56,703 bases of DNA from Convolutriloba macropyga (lineage: Eukaryota), in assembly GCF_964194025.1 (NCBI RefSeq), contig NW_027453125.1, positions 1 through 56,703 on the forward strand. The letters are read 5' to 3'. Below the pieces are notes generated by a model. It saw nothing but the letters and a program-made list of their open reading frames with translations. It was not told the DNA's origin and made no database searches. This document shows positions 23,201 to 36,772 of this stretch, one piece after another. Position 1 is the stretch's first letter. Each line of letters opens with the position of its first letter. Made by a program: the position numbers and the translations under genes.

Positions 23201-23983
23201 TCCGCCCACGCAAGTGAACCCGGAGGATATCATATGTATTGTGCCCGCACACCTCACATCACTCGCGAATAGTACATCGCTCACCTTCAATAAGGCCTGC
23301 GGAATTTCCGCGCCAGGTGGCAGCCCGTTCCTGGAACGGCGATTATACGTACATCTCAGCACTGGTACTGCACGTACATATGGCGTCGACATTCCCTTCA
23401 CACCATGCCCGCTGCTGCAACGCTTCGCAGGCGGCCTTAGCCACAGCTTAATACTCGCAGCGCGGGCGCGGGGCAGAGCCCGGGTCAGGGCTGGGCATGA
23501 GCAAGGGTGGAGAATGTATACATGTCGTACGGATGCCTGATTCCGATCTGCCGCTAGCTCTGTAGACAATTGATATCCCGCGCGGCCGCGTCACATGCGG
23601 TGTACTCAACTAGCACGTTCGTCATATGCAGCTAGCTGTTGCTGGAGCTGATGTATATACACACGTGTGTTACAGGACTATAGCTGCATCCCTCCTTCTG
23701 ACAGTACAGCGAGCTACAATGTATCTAACCTATATATATTATCCATGTATGCCCTCCCAGGCACGTCTGGTCGACTGTCAGCTTACAAGGCGTTGAAGAA
23801 TTGATCTGGCCCAGCTTGGCTGAAGTATCCGGATCATTGGCGGGATGGCCCAGCTGCAGCTAGGAGTCACGCCTCGTTGAAAATCCCAGGGATACCTGGG
23901 TACCGGCAGGACCACACAGCAGCCCTAGCTCAGCCAGCTCGGTCACCCCTTTAACTGCTTTGCCCATTTTTGCTCATATCCCC

Positions 23984-24612
23984 ATGACACAATGGGTCTC
24001 GTCTCTGTGGCTCCTTCTCCTTTCCTGCAGTCTTGTTGCTGGCGAGATGCAACATGCAGTCCATGACCAACAGATTCATCAGGGCGGCAGGACAGTGGAC
24101 TTACAAGGCGGCCGGCACCTCCTCCATGACACCTCAGACGTGCAGCAGCCCCCTAAATTGCCAGCCTCTACCACGGCCGTAACTCACTTGGAGGCTCACA
24201 CCAGTAATTCTCATCACAGCCACTCTCACCCCAAAGTTTCTGCTGGCAGTCCTGACACAGCAGTGCCCGGCATCAGCAAACATGAGGGGTCCTTCCCACA
24301 AGGAAAGGTCAGGATCACCGCAATTGCTTCATTGCAGCCGACACCCAACGGCCACCCCAGCCAAGACACTCCCCATCAGGACAGTCCTCAGCCTCGTGTC
24401 TCCCCACATCAGCCTCGTGTCTCCCCGCATCCCCATGACCTCCATCACTCTGGGGTACCGGTCACCAAAGAAAAGCAGGGTGGACTTGGCCATGAGCTGC
24501 CTCAAGAATCAGGTAGTGTCATGCCACAATATTCTTGCTTTCCAGCCTTGGCAGCAGCTAGCCTGTTGTAAAAGAAAGGGAAAGACCGTGAGCCACGGGA
24601 AGGGGACGAGAA

Positions 24613-24654
<42 letters not shown>

Positions 24655-24914
24655 TACACCCGTAAGAGGGGACGAGGAATAACTTAGCGGGAGACCTAGG
24701 TGAATCAGGCAGGAACGACCCTACCTATGGCAGATATCGAAGAGGGCGTTTAGGGATTGTCATTCACTCGATGCTGATTGGAAGCAGGCCGGCCAGCTCC
24801 AACTCAACTACCTAAGAAACCAGCCGTGGTCCTCGCAAGGTGGGTGCTCCCATCAATGCCGTGGCTGTCAGTGCGCTGCTGCTTCATGAGTGAGACAGAG
24901 ACACAGAGAGATGG

Positions 24915-24950
<36 letters not shown>

Positions 24951-26023
24951 GGATGAACTAGCTCAGGAAAGACACAAGTGGCGAGAGGACAAAGGACTCG
25001 GGCAGACAGAGAAGTCGCACCACTCAGGAGTTTACTGACACTTTGATATTGCCTGTAGATACAACGAGGACGTAAGCTGGGTTAAAACTGCCATCAAAAG
25101 CTCTTCAAAAGCGTTCACTGCATACGTCTACCAGTCTTTTGACAGCACAGCACCAAATTTCGTGCCAAATCGCGGGTTTGAAGCTACCAAGTACCTGAAG
25201 TTCATCTTGGACCATTACGACCACCTCCCTCCAAAGGTGACCGCCTGCAGCAGCCCCGGGCTTCGTGCAGCCGGCATGGGAATGTCCTGCACCCAGACAG
25301 TAGCCCACGTCTTGCAGGTCCCATCCCAAGCCCTGGCTCCCTCTCCCTCTCGCCCGCCCCCCTCCTGGGTGTTTTCCTGCTGTTGCCTTGCTCGATTGCA
25401 GCAGGAATAGATTGCTGAGACGTGCTATTCAGAACCAAATGCTGCTGACCGGGTGTACTTCACTGCGCCAGGGCTGATCAGATGAATGAACAATGTTAGC
25501 AGAGGAACTGCAGGACAGAGAAAGGTGACAGAGGGGGAGGGGGGTGGGGCGGGAAAAAAGGAACGGGGGCGGGGCTTTGCGTTCTGCACAACAGCTCTGA
25601 AACCCCCCCCCCCCCCGGCCCCCCCCCCCTCCCCGGCCCTTTCCCCGTGTACACACAAAACCACGCACGCAGGTGCTGTTCCTGCATGCTCATGAGAAGT
25701 CATCCCACAACCCTTGCGCTCCAACAACGTTCCTGAAGCACTGGAACTGGCACACTAAGCATGGCCTGGTTACCATCCCAGCAACCTTCAAAACGTTTCC
25801 ATACAGGGTACGAAACCGATCTGTGATCACTCCCAGCTCCTTCACACGACAGCCCCCCCCCCCCCCCCCCCCACACACACACACAGTCATGCCCAGGTCG
25901 CCCCTTGCCTCACCTTGGGCTCGTCAGGCAAGTCCGGGCATCTGGCAAAAAGCTCTGACCGTCTGTCTCTTGCTGTCCTGATCAGTCTCAGAAACTTTCA
26001 CGACACTACGTCGAATTACCCTG

Positions 26024-26054
<31 letters not shown>

Positions 26055-26636
26055 AAAAAGAACACATTCCGCTCTGCCGCTGCTGCCGCGTGAGCCGTTT
26101 TGTTCATCAAGTAGAGGATCAGCCACGACATTGCCTGACTACCTTCTCCTCATCTGCTCGGGCTACGGTAACGACTTGCGGTTTTCCATGCCTCACGCAA
26201 TGCCACCCCCCTGTGCTCCCAGGGCTTCTCGGAGTGGAACACCATCAAGTGGACAGACCTGCTGCGTTACGGGCAGGAGATTGCTGGGCTCACACCTCGG
26301 GATTACAACAAGCGCAAAAAACTCACGCTTCCGATGAACGCACAGTTTATGGTCAGCCGGGAGCGGATCCTGCAGCTCCCCCGCTCTGTGTACCAACGGC
26401 TGTACGATGCCGGCATCAGCGAGTGTAGCCCGCCAGAGTGGATGTTAGAGCGCAACCCCGACCGGCCCTTCATCCAGAATGAATGCAGCGGGAACCGGCT
26501 CTTTGGCCTTGCAATGGAGATCTCCCTGCAAGCCATCCTCTCCGCCAACCTGACGTCCATGGGATGGGTGTCGGGCAAGAAGAACTGCTTCTCGGTGTGC
26601 AATAACAAGGACGGCGTCTGGTGCCAAACCAAGTGA
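23984..26636 (+). CDS. Secreted/membrane DUF3431-like protein, multi-exon (exons ~23984-24512, ~24785-24839, 25059-25236, 25673-25807, 26223-26636)
   Basis: Signal peptide MTQWVSSLWLLLLSCSLVAG. VVLAR|YNEDVSWV, PNRGFEATKYLKFILDHYDHLP, VLFLHAH, NAQFMVSRERIL, GLAMEISLQAIL. Confidence 0.75.
24614..24648. repeat. (GA)n microsatellite (others at ~20430-20449 and ~24917-24947)
   Basis: Directly visible; intronic. Confidence 0.9.
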
Positions 26637-27209
26637 TTCGCATTGGTTTTCGGAATAATTTTTCGAGGATAGATGGATTCGTAGAGTTCCCGCGGGGCAT
26701 AGCGTAGCCGTTAGACATTGTGCTCCCAGGTTTTGTGTTGTCTTAGAGAAGCGAACTCCCCCCCCTCCCCCCACCGGCCCCTCCCCCCGGGGGTTGCCTG
26801 TCATTACCTCTCAATCGTTGCCAACGAATAAGGAAGGGTGTGTGTTGCGAAAAACGACCTTGTCAAAGACCATAGCCCCAGTCCACCCCATATCCCAACA
26901 CTCCCCGAGGCGGAAATCGTCGTTGTGGATTACAGACTGCCATCGTGCTTTGTACGTCGAGCTACTGGGCATCTGGATCCTCCATGACCTATTCCCGTGA
27001 GCCCACGCCGTATCAATCAGTGCATGATCCCAAATGACACACGCCAGGCCGGGACGGCACCGGGAGGAATGGGAACAGCCGCCTCCACCCGCCAGCTCAG
27101 CTCCCGGTGTCGATGACGCTCTTCCATGGTCTATGTGCATAGCGCAGTTACAGTTCCGGCACTCGATGGCATGCTATTGCAGATTCGGAATCGAAACTTG
27201 TCTGAGACT

Positions 27210-27500
27210 TGTGGGGTGGGGCGGGGTGTGGGGGCAGGCGTTGGGCCCTGGGGTCGGGGCAGGTGTTGGGCCTGGGGTAGGTGCTGGGGTGGGACCAGGA
27301 GTGGGACTAGCTGGAGTGGGGCCGGGGTTAGGGGCCTGTGGTGGGGCTTGGGTTTGGCATCCCCACTGGAGATTCAGCAGTGGGAGTGGGTGTCAGTGGG
27401 TGTTGGGGTGGTAGCGGGTGAGGGTGTTGGGGTGGGGGCAGGCATAGGCACGGGCGTTGGGGTAGCAGTGGGAGCTGGAGTTGGCGCAGGTGTGGGTGCC
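27210..27500 (-). repeat. Degenerate PTPA/PTPG-coding-like GC-rich repeat downstream of the HemK-like gene
   Basis: Minus strand reads SAPTPAPTPAPTATPTPVPMPAPTPTP..., with stops and frame changes. Confidence 0.5.
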
Positions 27501-27736
27501 GACTTCGGAAGGAGAATGGGAGACAGAGTTCAACAGTTTCCTGCGCTTTCTGTCAGCGGTGAAATGTATTCCTTCCTATATGAGAGCGCCTCCACCGCAA
27601 ATCTTGGAGCTGGAAGGGCCGCTGCCTGGTACTGGCTTAGATCATGAGGCAGGACCCGCGCTGACAGAATTCTTCGCCAAATGAACTGCTGCGGACCCCT
27701 GTGGGCTGCTGTGAAAGGTTGAGTGGCTGATTCCCC

Positions 27737-30700
27737 TCAAATTGAGTTGCTGTTGGACCTCGGGGGGGAGGCGACCACTGCACGGTGCACACCCCTCGCA
27801 TCGCGCACAGCTTCCAACACCTCGAAACCCGCATGCTTCAGTACTGCAGAGACCCGGATGTGGCCTCGCTCCCCTCCTGGCGCTTGGAACACGACGAGGC
27901 CACGAGGCGACAGCAGTGGAGGCTTGCAATGTGCAATACTGGACAAGCGTTCATTTGCACCACAGGCGTGTCAGTTTCACAGTGCAACCAGTTGAAAGTA
28001 CGTAAAATCAACAATGTGCGAGGGAAACTAGGGGCCGAGACCTCGATGCAATGGCAGCATACGCCTCCATCCCGGTCTGTCCCCCCACCAAAGCTTTGGC
28101 TCCCTCATTTGTGATTCGCCCCTTGGCCCTGCACCAGTCACAACCGCCAGCCAGGAAAGCTCTCAATGATTCCACACGTCTCCCAGTGTCTGAGTATACC
28201 AAGCATCCTACGCTCGGCGCCCTGAGGCGAAGATGTGCAGCCCTCCAGCATGACACGGAGGGGGATCATGTCTGTCTGTTCCACTGGCATGATCCTCTCC
28301 TGGGCCCTCCTAAGTAGTGAATCCGACTTCTCTGCTGCTCAATGGCTCAGACATGACGTACACCTGGCCTGGTACTTTGTTCCCTCTCTCCGCCTGCTCC
28401 TAGATCTCAGTACAGCTGTCCGAGTGCACAGTCCACCATGGCACTGTGACACCGCACCTGTCGTCCGCCAGGAAGGGAGGGTTTGATAGGACGACATCGA
28501 ACGGAGTTCCTTCGCAGCATAGCTCCTGTGCAAGACGCAAGGCGAAGATTATGCGCGGCAGCGGCAACAAATTGGTACGCCAGGTGGCCGTTCACTCTCC
28601 CATGCAGGTGGGGGCGGTTGCGTGCAGGGCAGAGTGGCAGCGCGGTGGACAGCACCAGGCCATAAAGGGATCTGAACAGCAGTTGGTATCGCTTAGGGGC
28701 TCTGACGTACAACGCACCTGGCGCATTTCTAGCAGATGCAGCTTCGAGAAGTCTGCCTTGCAGAGCCTCACTTGCGCTGCGGTGATAGCCCCCTCGTTGA
28801 CTCTGGCCTGCAGGCCAGGTCCCGGGACGCTTAGACAGGCGTCCCCTTCACCAGTTTGAATTTTCCAAGCCCCGCGTCCCTGTGATTGCTTAGCTGCAGT
28901 CCTCAATTGTCTCCCCACAAACCCGTCACTCACTCTTTGTGGGTCCGGAGGGAAGGGACATAGACAGATATACTATAGAGGCACAAAGGCAGACAGATCC
29001 GGGAAGCCTGGTGACATAGTCCGTGGAACACAGGATCTTACCTGGGTGTTCCTCTGTGCAAGCTGCAGGGCGCTATCACTCAAGTCGACGCCCACTCCGC
29101 TGGCCTTAACGTCTGACCTACTCAAGCGGCATAGCAGGGACAGGAGCAGGCAGCCGCAGCCAGTGCCCAGGTCTAGGACTCGAATCTCGCTCTCAGGGCT
29201 GGACTGCATCAGGACTCTCCTCTGCATGTTCTCGATGGCATGCACGGCAGCCTGGATGTGCAGCGCAAGGCCCAGTGGGAAGTGGGGCGGACGGAGCTCT
29301 GGTGAGGGGTTCACCTTGTCTGTTTATAGGTGTGAACTGACACAGGCTCTAGACGGGGGCATGGAAAGAGCTCATGGATGACGATAAGCACGGTGATGCG
29401 AGATGAGCTCGCACCGGATGTTGAACGCTGAACAGAACGCAAGGAGCACAGCATGCGATGGAAAGGAGGTGGCGTTGTGTCTCTCTGGGTCTGACGGAAA
29501 AAGCAACATGTGGACCGCGGCGGCGGAAGGGATGATGGGGACACCGGCGATGGCGGCAGTACATACGGTTCACTCCGCTTGCGCACCGTTACAATTGTTT
29601 CTGATGACTTCCTTGGAATCAGCTCTGGAGTGGTGGCAACAAAGTCATACCCCAAGAACTCCACAACCACTTCCTCCCCAGCGGCACGGTTTTTCATCTC
29701 GGCCCTGGCAGGGTTTCGGATTTCAAGGGGTCAGAGCAATATCCGATGCCTCGCCAACACGTGGGTCAAGGGCTGCCGGCAGCAGATGAACATTCCCAGT
29801 ACACTGAGGTAGGGGAACGGCTGCAAGCGGCAGAGGGCAGTGCGGGGAGTGCTTTGTGACACGGGATTTAACACTTTGTGAGTCCTCTCACATGCGGCCT
29901 TCTCGGATGGTGGTGCGTCTCAACAATTTCTTGAACTTTTTCGGGACTGCGTGCTCCACAACAGCGCCGAGGCCGAGAGCGGGAGGGAGTCCGGACAGCT
30001 TTACCAGGGCGATGTGGGCACCCCTAACAAGTGCGGCCAAGGGACACAATCAGCCTGTAATCTGGCAGCACTCTACATGACCCAAAGACGCAACTGGCGC
30101 GCATGAAGCGTCTGATCGTCAACGGCACACGACCTCGAGACGCAGCACAGGCAGCCGAAACCGCGAAGAAGCCGGTGTGTGTTCGGTACTACCTCTGCTG
30201 TTCCAGAGATCGGCGTGAGCATCCGGCAAGAGGTGGATTGGTCACGTGTGGGTGCTCTCAGCGCTTTGCCAGTCATCATTCAACAGGCGGCCGGGGAGGG
30301 GGGGGGGGGGGGGCAGTGCTCACCTGGCTCCCTTGACAGACGGGCTGCCAGTCCTCCCCACAACCGCCCCTGCATCCCTCTCCAGTTGAACACAAGCATT
30401 CCATGCGCTCGTACTGCCCTGCGATGCCGTGAAAGCCAACTCCAGGGTACCCTGGCAGCGCAGCGGCAGCCATGAGCAAGTCAGCACATGTGTCGGCCAC
30501 GACTGCACTCCAGCGCTTGGAGACCTGCCACTGACTTGCTGCACGAGAGTCGAGAACGCTCCGCGGATCACTGGCTGCGATGCCCTAGCTGTCCCTCAAA
30601 GCCCCTCACTTCCTAACGGCCCAGATTGGTCCACACAGCAGCTGCGGACGAACAACTGCTGGAAGGATATCCCTTCACTGAGGATCTTGTTGGAATCGCG

Positions 30701-31315
30701 AGCTACCGTAACGCTGAAACAGTGCTGGGAGACGGCCAATGTTTTGCAAGTTGGTTCAGGGAGGCAAAGGCTGCAACACCTTAGGTGAGTCCGTGCGACT
30801 CAGAACCACCGCTGCAAAGTGTGCGGTTATCGATGGGGCCGCCGCAGACAGTGAGGTAAATGCCTCCGGGGTCTTGGCTATCAGCACCTGGAGGGTTGAG
30901 AGCGGAAGGTGAGGTGTCAGCCAGCCTGGTCTGGGGTGTGTGAGGAGGTATCGATATCGTGGCCGCCGGGAGAGAAATGGAAGAGCCACCAGGCCGGTGC
31001 GAGGACGAGGGGGGGAGGGGGGGGGAGGGGGGCGGGAGGAGGATCTTTAATGCCGGTTGCAGAGCTGTGCGGGCATGTGTGTGGGAAAGACAACATGTGC
31101 GGTCTTCTGGCAGCCAGACTTACCAGTCCAGAGGCGCCCCTCTCCAGCTCACCGGCGACCTTGGCCTCGTCCCCCCACTGCTTCACTGCGCATTTTTCAA
31201 TGGGCTCCCCAGCCCTGCTCGCCCGCCCATTCCCGCCCATGCGGCCGCCGTCCATGAGAGGTACATCCGGGCGCTTCCAGACCACAGCTGCCGTATCCGA
31301 CTCAGCCACTACCTG
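27737..31315 (-). CDS. Multi-exon gene: degenerate RluA-type pseudouridine-synthase-like domain fused to a HemK/PrmC-family N5-glutamine methyltransferase (5' exons further upstream, not resolved)
   Basis: HemK: EFLG..LIPRKSSE (~29580-29650), VLDLGTGCG, VDLSDSAL, FDVVLSNPPF (~28474-28500), ALVGGQTGMEAY, VRDARGVHR then stop at 27737. RluA-like: VVAESDTAAVVWKRP, GELERGASGL|VLIAKT, GAHIAL..VPKKFKKLL. Confidence 0.72.
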
Positions 31316-31991
31316 TGCCAGTAGACAGCCAATCACAGCCGCAGCGTTGCTCAGGCCACTGTCTGTCCGATCTTAATGCATTTGCCGTGGTGTGCATTAT
31401 ATGTCCACAACAGACTCTGGCCTAGATGCTGAAGCACTAGTGAAGCACGTCCATGGACGTCAACGTGTTGCGCGCATGTTGCGCTGCATGTGCTGTTGTT
31501 TGGAGTTTAGGTGCACAGCTCTGCCCTAGCAGTGGCGATTGCCAAGTGGTGCCATTCCTCCAAGACGGAGATTTGCCAAGTCCCTAGCTGCTCCATCCTC
31601 CCTGCACGCCCTACTCGTTCGCATCAGCACATTGCGTCGATCCCCATAGATCTCCAGACATGCAAACCTCCCCCTCGCCGCTCCCCAAATTACCCCTTCG
31701 ATTGATTTGGCAAAGAATTAGGGAACAACAGGCTTAAGATGCAAGCCTAGCTTCCATGAAGCTACACTGCTCACAATGATCTCCGTACGTGGCATCCCTT
31801 CCCGAAGTAAATGCATGGCCGGCCCACGCGCGCGTCATACGGATCGCACTTAATTTTATGTCATCATATGCAGGCCGGGGTACTGCCAGCTATATAGGCC
31901 GAGCAAAGCCATCGCTCCTCGAGAGTCAGACACGATAGGGACAGGTTCAGTGATGCTGGGCTTCAGACCTGACCGCCTTCCTCCCTTCTCC

Positions 31992-32022
<31 letters not shown>

Positions 32023-32925
32023 CCATGCACAATATACCTAGGGGCCGGCTACCACTTGATCCCTTCAGATCGACCGCGACATGCATGGGAGCACACCTCC
32101 AAATCGTATCGACTGGGGTTCGAGGTTGAGGAACGTTCCCGCACGGCAGCTACGACCACCATCCGTCTTTCAGCCCTTAGATCCAGTTGTCCCCTGGGAT
32201 ATTCATCTCGAGCGACGCCCGCGATAGCTCGACGGCCAGTTGCAGCTGCACGCGGCCGCATGCGCAGCAGCGCTAGCACTGTTGCGCAATGGAAAGTGAT
32301 CCCGCGCCAACCTTCGTCGCGGCCGGACCGCCGTCCAGGGAGCCAGAGATTGCAAACGGCCTGAACACGTCCATTCTTTTCGGCCATAGGCCTCATCGCA
32401 ATTTCATTACGTCTAGTGGAACAGGAACGCCAGGGTGGGCGGTCGTCCCAAGAGCGTTGTCTCGGGAGAGAAGCTCTGCAGTCTGTTTGGCGACTGCCGA
32501 AAGCTACTTGTGGGGATAGCCGCGTTCCTTCCCATGCCACTGGTCGAAGCGGCATGTCGGCGAAAGCGGGATCTGTCCTCCGACTAGCCAGAGAAAGGTA
32601 CTGGTGGCTACAGCCAGTCAGCGGTTTCAAAGTTTCGGTGTCCCATCACCGACACTGACAGCGGCACACGACATCACGAAGGGTGCTGGCGGCTGAAACA
32701 GTAGGAGATCTACTACCAAACAAGGCCGTGCTTTAAAATTAATAATAGCTTATTAATTAGCTTAATTAATTAGCTTAATTAGCTTAAGTAGACTGGGTAC
32801 CAGCTGATACGGACGCTCCACCTCCACCTGCCCGGGGGTGTAAAAAAAAAACAGAACGGAGGTTCCAGCTGCCGTGGGGCCGGGTGAATCGGCGAGCTAC
32901 GCGGTGTGTAGTACCCCCCAACTCC

Positions 32926-32927
32926 CG

Positions 32928-32958
<31 letters not shown>

Positions 32959-32974
32959 CCAATATTCACGTGCA

Positions 32975-33008
<34 letters not shown>
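32926..33008. repeat. poly(C) tract and (CA)n microsatellite
   Basis: Directly visible. Confidence 0.9.
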
Positions 33009-33009
<1 letters not shown>

Positions 33010-33596
33010 TCCTCTCACAACCTCTCGTTCCCCAGAAGCAGCCACATGCCCATCGCAAGCTGGAACAGCTGCAGGAGTGCCCACCACTTCTGAGGGCCGT
33101 ATGCCTAGCTGGCCAGCAGCACCAATATGCCCCCACATAGTTTGGATGAGCTAACGGATCAGCACCGACAGGAGCGCCTCGAGCAAGTTTTCATGAAACT
33201 TGGCTGGTTTCAAGCGGTATTATTATCTACCAAGTGCTAAGTATGTATGTCAAGTATCTATGAACCCAATTACCTGCCCTGTTTGCCGCCAAAGCGATGA
33301 CAGCTCGTCTGGCCGGGCAGGGCAGCAATTGGGAACGACAACAAAACAAAACGCTGGCCGAAGGGGGCTGTCGTTGTCATGCTAAGGTATCGGCTTAGGG
33401 GAGTTGTGGGCCACCATGGGTGGAGGGGGGGGGGGGGGGGGGGCGGGGGCGGTGCGGGCTGCCTGAGAGCACGAGGTGGTGGCGGTCGGGGTCAAGGGGC
33501 GGTCAGTGATTCTCTACGAGGGGCCGCCGGCTGTCCCTAGCTAGATGCGGGGCCAGCCAGCCAGTCCCAGAGCTATGCGTCAAGCTGACACTAAGT

Positions 33597-36101
33597 TCAG
33601 TGTGCTGTGGGAGGGTCTATCCGTGCTTGGCTCGGTCGGCTGTTGGGTGGGTTAGCCGGTGCAGTCGGGCTGTGGCCGGTAACTGGCGCCGCAGTGCCGT
33701 TGGCAGCAAAATCCTCGAAGCTCTCGAGGTATTCGGGGGTGCCGAAGGCGCTGGGTGGTGTGTCATTGTGGATGACGCCCTCTTCTGCCGGGCTGAGCTT
33801 TCGGAGTGGGAAGCTGCGCATCACTGCCATGGCCACCACGGCAGCAATCCCGCTTGCAGAGATGACCGCCAGCTTGGCGGCGTTCATGGCATCAGGCGAG
33901 TGGGCCATGGCGAGAGCTATGAGGAACAGGCACATGGTGAAGCCAATGCCTCCCAGCAGCCCGAGCACCACCAGGTGCTTGGTGGTCATGCTCTTGGGCA
34001 TCTTGGCAATGCCAGACTTGACCGCAAGGACGCTAAAGGCGGTGATCCCCAATGGCTTCCCCAGCAGCAGGCCAGCCAAAATCCCCACGGAAACCGGCTG
34101 TGACATCAGCCCACCCAGCATGGACAGGTCGATTTGCACCGCGGTGTTGGCGAGCGCAAACAGCGGCATGATCAGCAATGCGGTCCAGGGCACCATCTTG
34201 TAGATGAGATGGTCCATGAGCGTGGGGGAGTGGCCGTGCTCCAGCGGCACTGCCTTGCTGGTGTGGGGGGCCTTTGAGGCAGCGGGGATGGCAAGCGCCG
34301 TGATCACCCCAGCAACGTCAGCGTTGACCCCCCCAACCAACAAGCAGTACCACAGCGCCACCCCGGCGGCGCCGTACATGGCGAGGTGCAGCTGCTTCCA
34401 CGGCAGGCGCTCGATAGCAAAGAGACTCACACTCACGGCGGCGGCAGCAGCGAGGAATGGCGCGTTTATCTTCGTGGCGAAGAACAGAGCAATGACAAGG
34501 ATTGCGCCCTGAAAAGCCAAGCCAGAACAGTGCGGCAGAGAATTTGTCAGCTGGGAGGGGAACATGGATCAGGCCCGCAGATTTCAGACCAGGTCCGCCT
34601 TTCGTGGAGCGAGAGAGAAATGGGTTAGCGCGGTGCGCATTGCGAGGCGAAAGAGAGGAGCTGTGGCCTGTCCGCAGCGGAGAGCGGCTCTGTGCTGTGG
34701 GCTGGAAGCGGCACCGATGTCATGGCGCAACAGGGGTGCGTGGACCCGGTGTATGGGATGGGGCTGGGGGGCAGCGCTTCGCACCAGGTCATCCACGGTG
34801 GCGAGAGTGAGGAGGAAGGCCGATGAGCTCCTTGGCATCCGCCTGTTGAAGAACCCAAAGATGCCCATCGCGAACGCAATATCGGTCGCCATGGGGATGG
34901 CCCATCCGGACATGGCGCCGCCCGAGCCAGCGTTGAGGGCGACATACATGCAGATAGGGACAACCATACCCCCCAGGGCTGCAGCGCAAGGCAGAATCGA
35001 TTGTTTGATGGAGGCCAGGTGCCCAAACACACACTCCCGCTTGATCTCAAGCCCGACGGCAAAGAAGAATAGCGCCATCAGGCCCTCATTCACCCAGGCC
35101 TGCAGGGTTAGCTGGTGCCCGCCCAAGGGGGGCCCGATTGGCGTGTCCCAGAGCCCAATCCAGCTGGGCCCCATGCCAGTGTTGGCGAGGATGATAGACA
35201 GTGCCGTTGCTGCCAGGAGCACAATGCTTCCAAGCCCTTCCTCGAGTGCCTGCAGGCCATCGAGACATCAGCATATCATGCTGGACGTAGTCAGTGCGTG
35301 GGGCAGCAAATGGCAGCTAAGGGGGGGGGGGGGGGGAGGGAGCCCAGGGAAGGGGACGTCTAGGTGAGGGAAGCAACAGTGCGAAGCCCGAGTGGCTAGT
35401 GGCGTCAGCAGAGGTAGCTGACAAGGGTGGGGGGCAGGGAGGCAGGGGCCGTATGGACGGGGACAAGCGAGGCTAGGGCCGCAGTACGTGCCCAAGGCCA
35501 GGGCCTCTGAGCGGAAATGGGAGTGGGTACGGCAAGGCTCCCCAGTGAGGAAGGTGGAAAGGGAAAGGGTTAGAGGGAGAGGGAAAGGTAGAGGGAGCGA
35601 CCCCTTCTCGAGCAGGATGTATGGGACAAGTTAGTGACCAGGGCAGCTATGTATTCAGCTCATTGCCAGTAGGGTACACAACAGCAGGTTGAGGAACAGA
35701 GGAGCAACGCCCCTCTGCTCCAGGCCACCCCTCGGGTTTGTTACCTTGTGCAGCGGCGATAGCGTGTTGTTAGTCGGTGCCTCCAGCACCACAATTCCCG
35801 ATGGTTCTGGCACAGGTGCCGCTATCGAGTGGCACCGCACGGTGCGGTGCCTCGGCCGCAGCAAAGACGAGGGTCTGCAAGCGGTGGAGCGGCACCTGCG
35901 GAGTGAGGAGGCGAGGGTGGGGCAGGCAGAGGGGGTCCGCTGCTCCGAAGATACCCGCGGTTGTCCGGCCCGTGAGTATCCTGTACTCGGCTGCTGCGAT
36001 TTCACCCTAATGACGCCATGACTGCGGGGCGTCCTCGCCACAGAAAGGTTGCGGCGTTGGGCTGTTCCCACACCGTTGAAGGCCGCCGTGGGGGCAGCCA
36101 T
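33597..36101 (-). CDS. nhaA: NhaA-type Na+/H+ antiporter with putative plastid transit peptide; exons 36101-35745, 35249-34785, 34508-33597 (~577 aa)
   Basis: WVNEGLMALFFFAVGLEIKRE, GWAIPMATDIAFA, LATVDDLGAI, PLFALAN, GKPLGI, GIGFTM. Both introns are phase-0 GT-AG. N-terminus is Ser/Arg-rich. Confidence 0.93.
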
Positions 36102-36772
36102 TCTAGCTGTCGCGCTGTGTTCCTCGAGTTGCAAAAAAACCGAGAACCTATGATGACGCGCGGCTATTTCGCTCGACAGTACTCCAACTCGTCCCGCTTG
36201 GACTGATCGCAGGATCCTGAAACCAGCAGAGGGTTGAGTGGCTGCGCGAATGTGGGGAACAGTTTGGGTTGCTGCCGTGAGAGAGCGCGCGTCGGCGATC
36301 CACTCGACGGCCTGGCTGCCGTGCAGCTCGTGGCCGCTTTCACGGTTTTTGCCGCGTGTTGATCACGTACCACAAAATGGGATTACGTACAATATTCCAT
36401 ACGAGCCAATAGCCAGCGAGAGGTTCATTTTTAAGAAAATGAATGAGACTCGATGAGTTTCTGTACGACTATGAGGTAATAGGGAGCAACGACCTGTTGG
36501 TTTTAATTTATATATATATTATACTACCGTAGACTATAGTACACCTCGCCGTACTCCTGTAGGTACCTACCGTACGAGGCTGGGAGGGTGAATTAAGCCG
36601 AAATACGGCTAGGGTTTAGTTTCCGACGTTAGGGTTTCACCATTTGACCCAAATTCCCATAAACAACAGACAAGGCTCTACTAACTAATAACTACCTGCC
36701 TCAACTCATGCACGGCGCCTGTTTTTGAATATCGGTCTATTTCGGGTTAGGGTTCAATAGGGCTGACTAGGC

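Noticed and set aside
22923-23569. 205-aa and 146-aa opposing ORFs
   Set aside because: No recognisable motifs; overlap filler-like sequence.
32049-32630. 193-aa minus-strand ORF
   Set aside because: Could contain the first exon of the RluA/HemK gene, but I could not link it by supported splice junctions.
33600-35367. Plus-strand ORFs over nhaA
   Set aside because: Antisense shadows of a GC-rich coding region.
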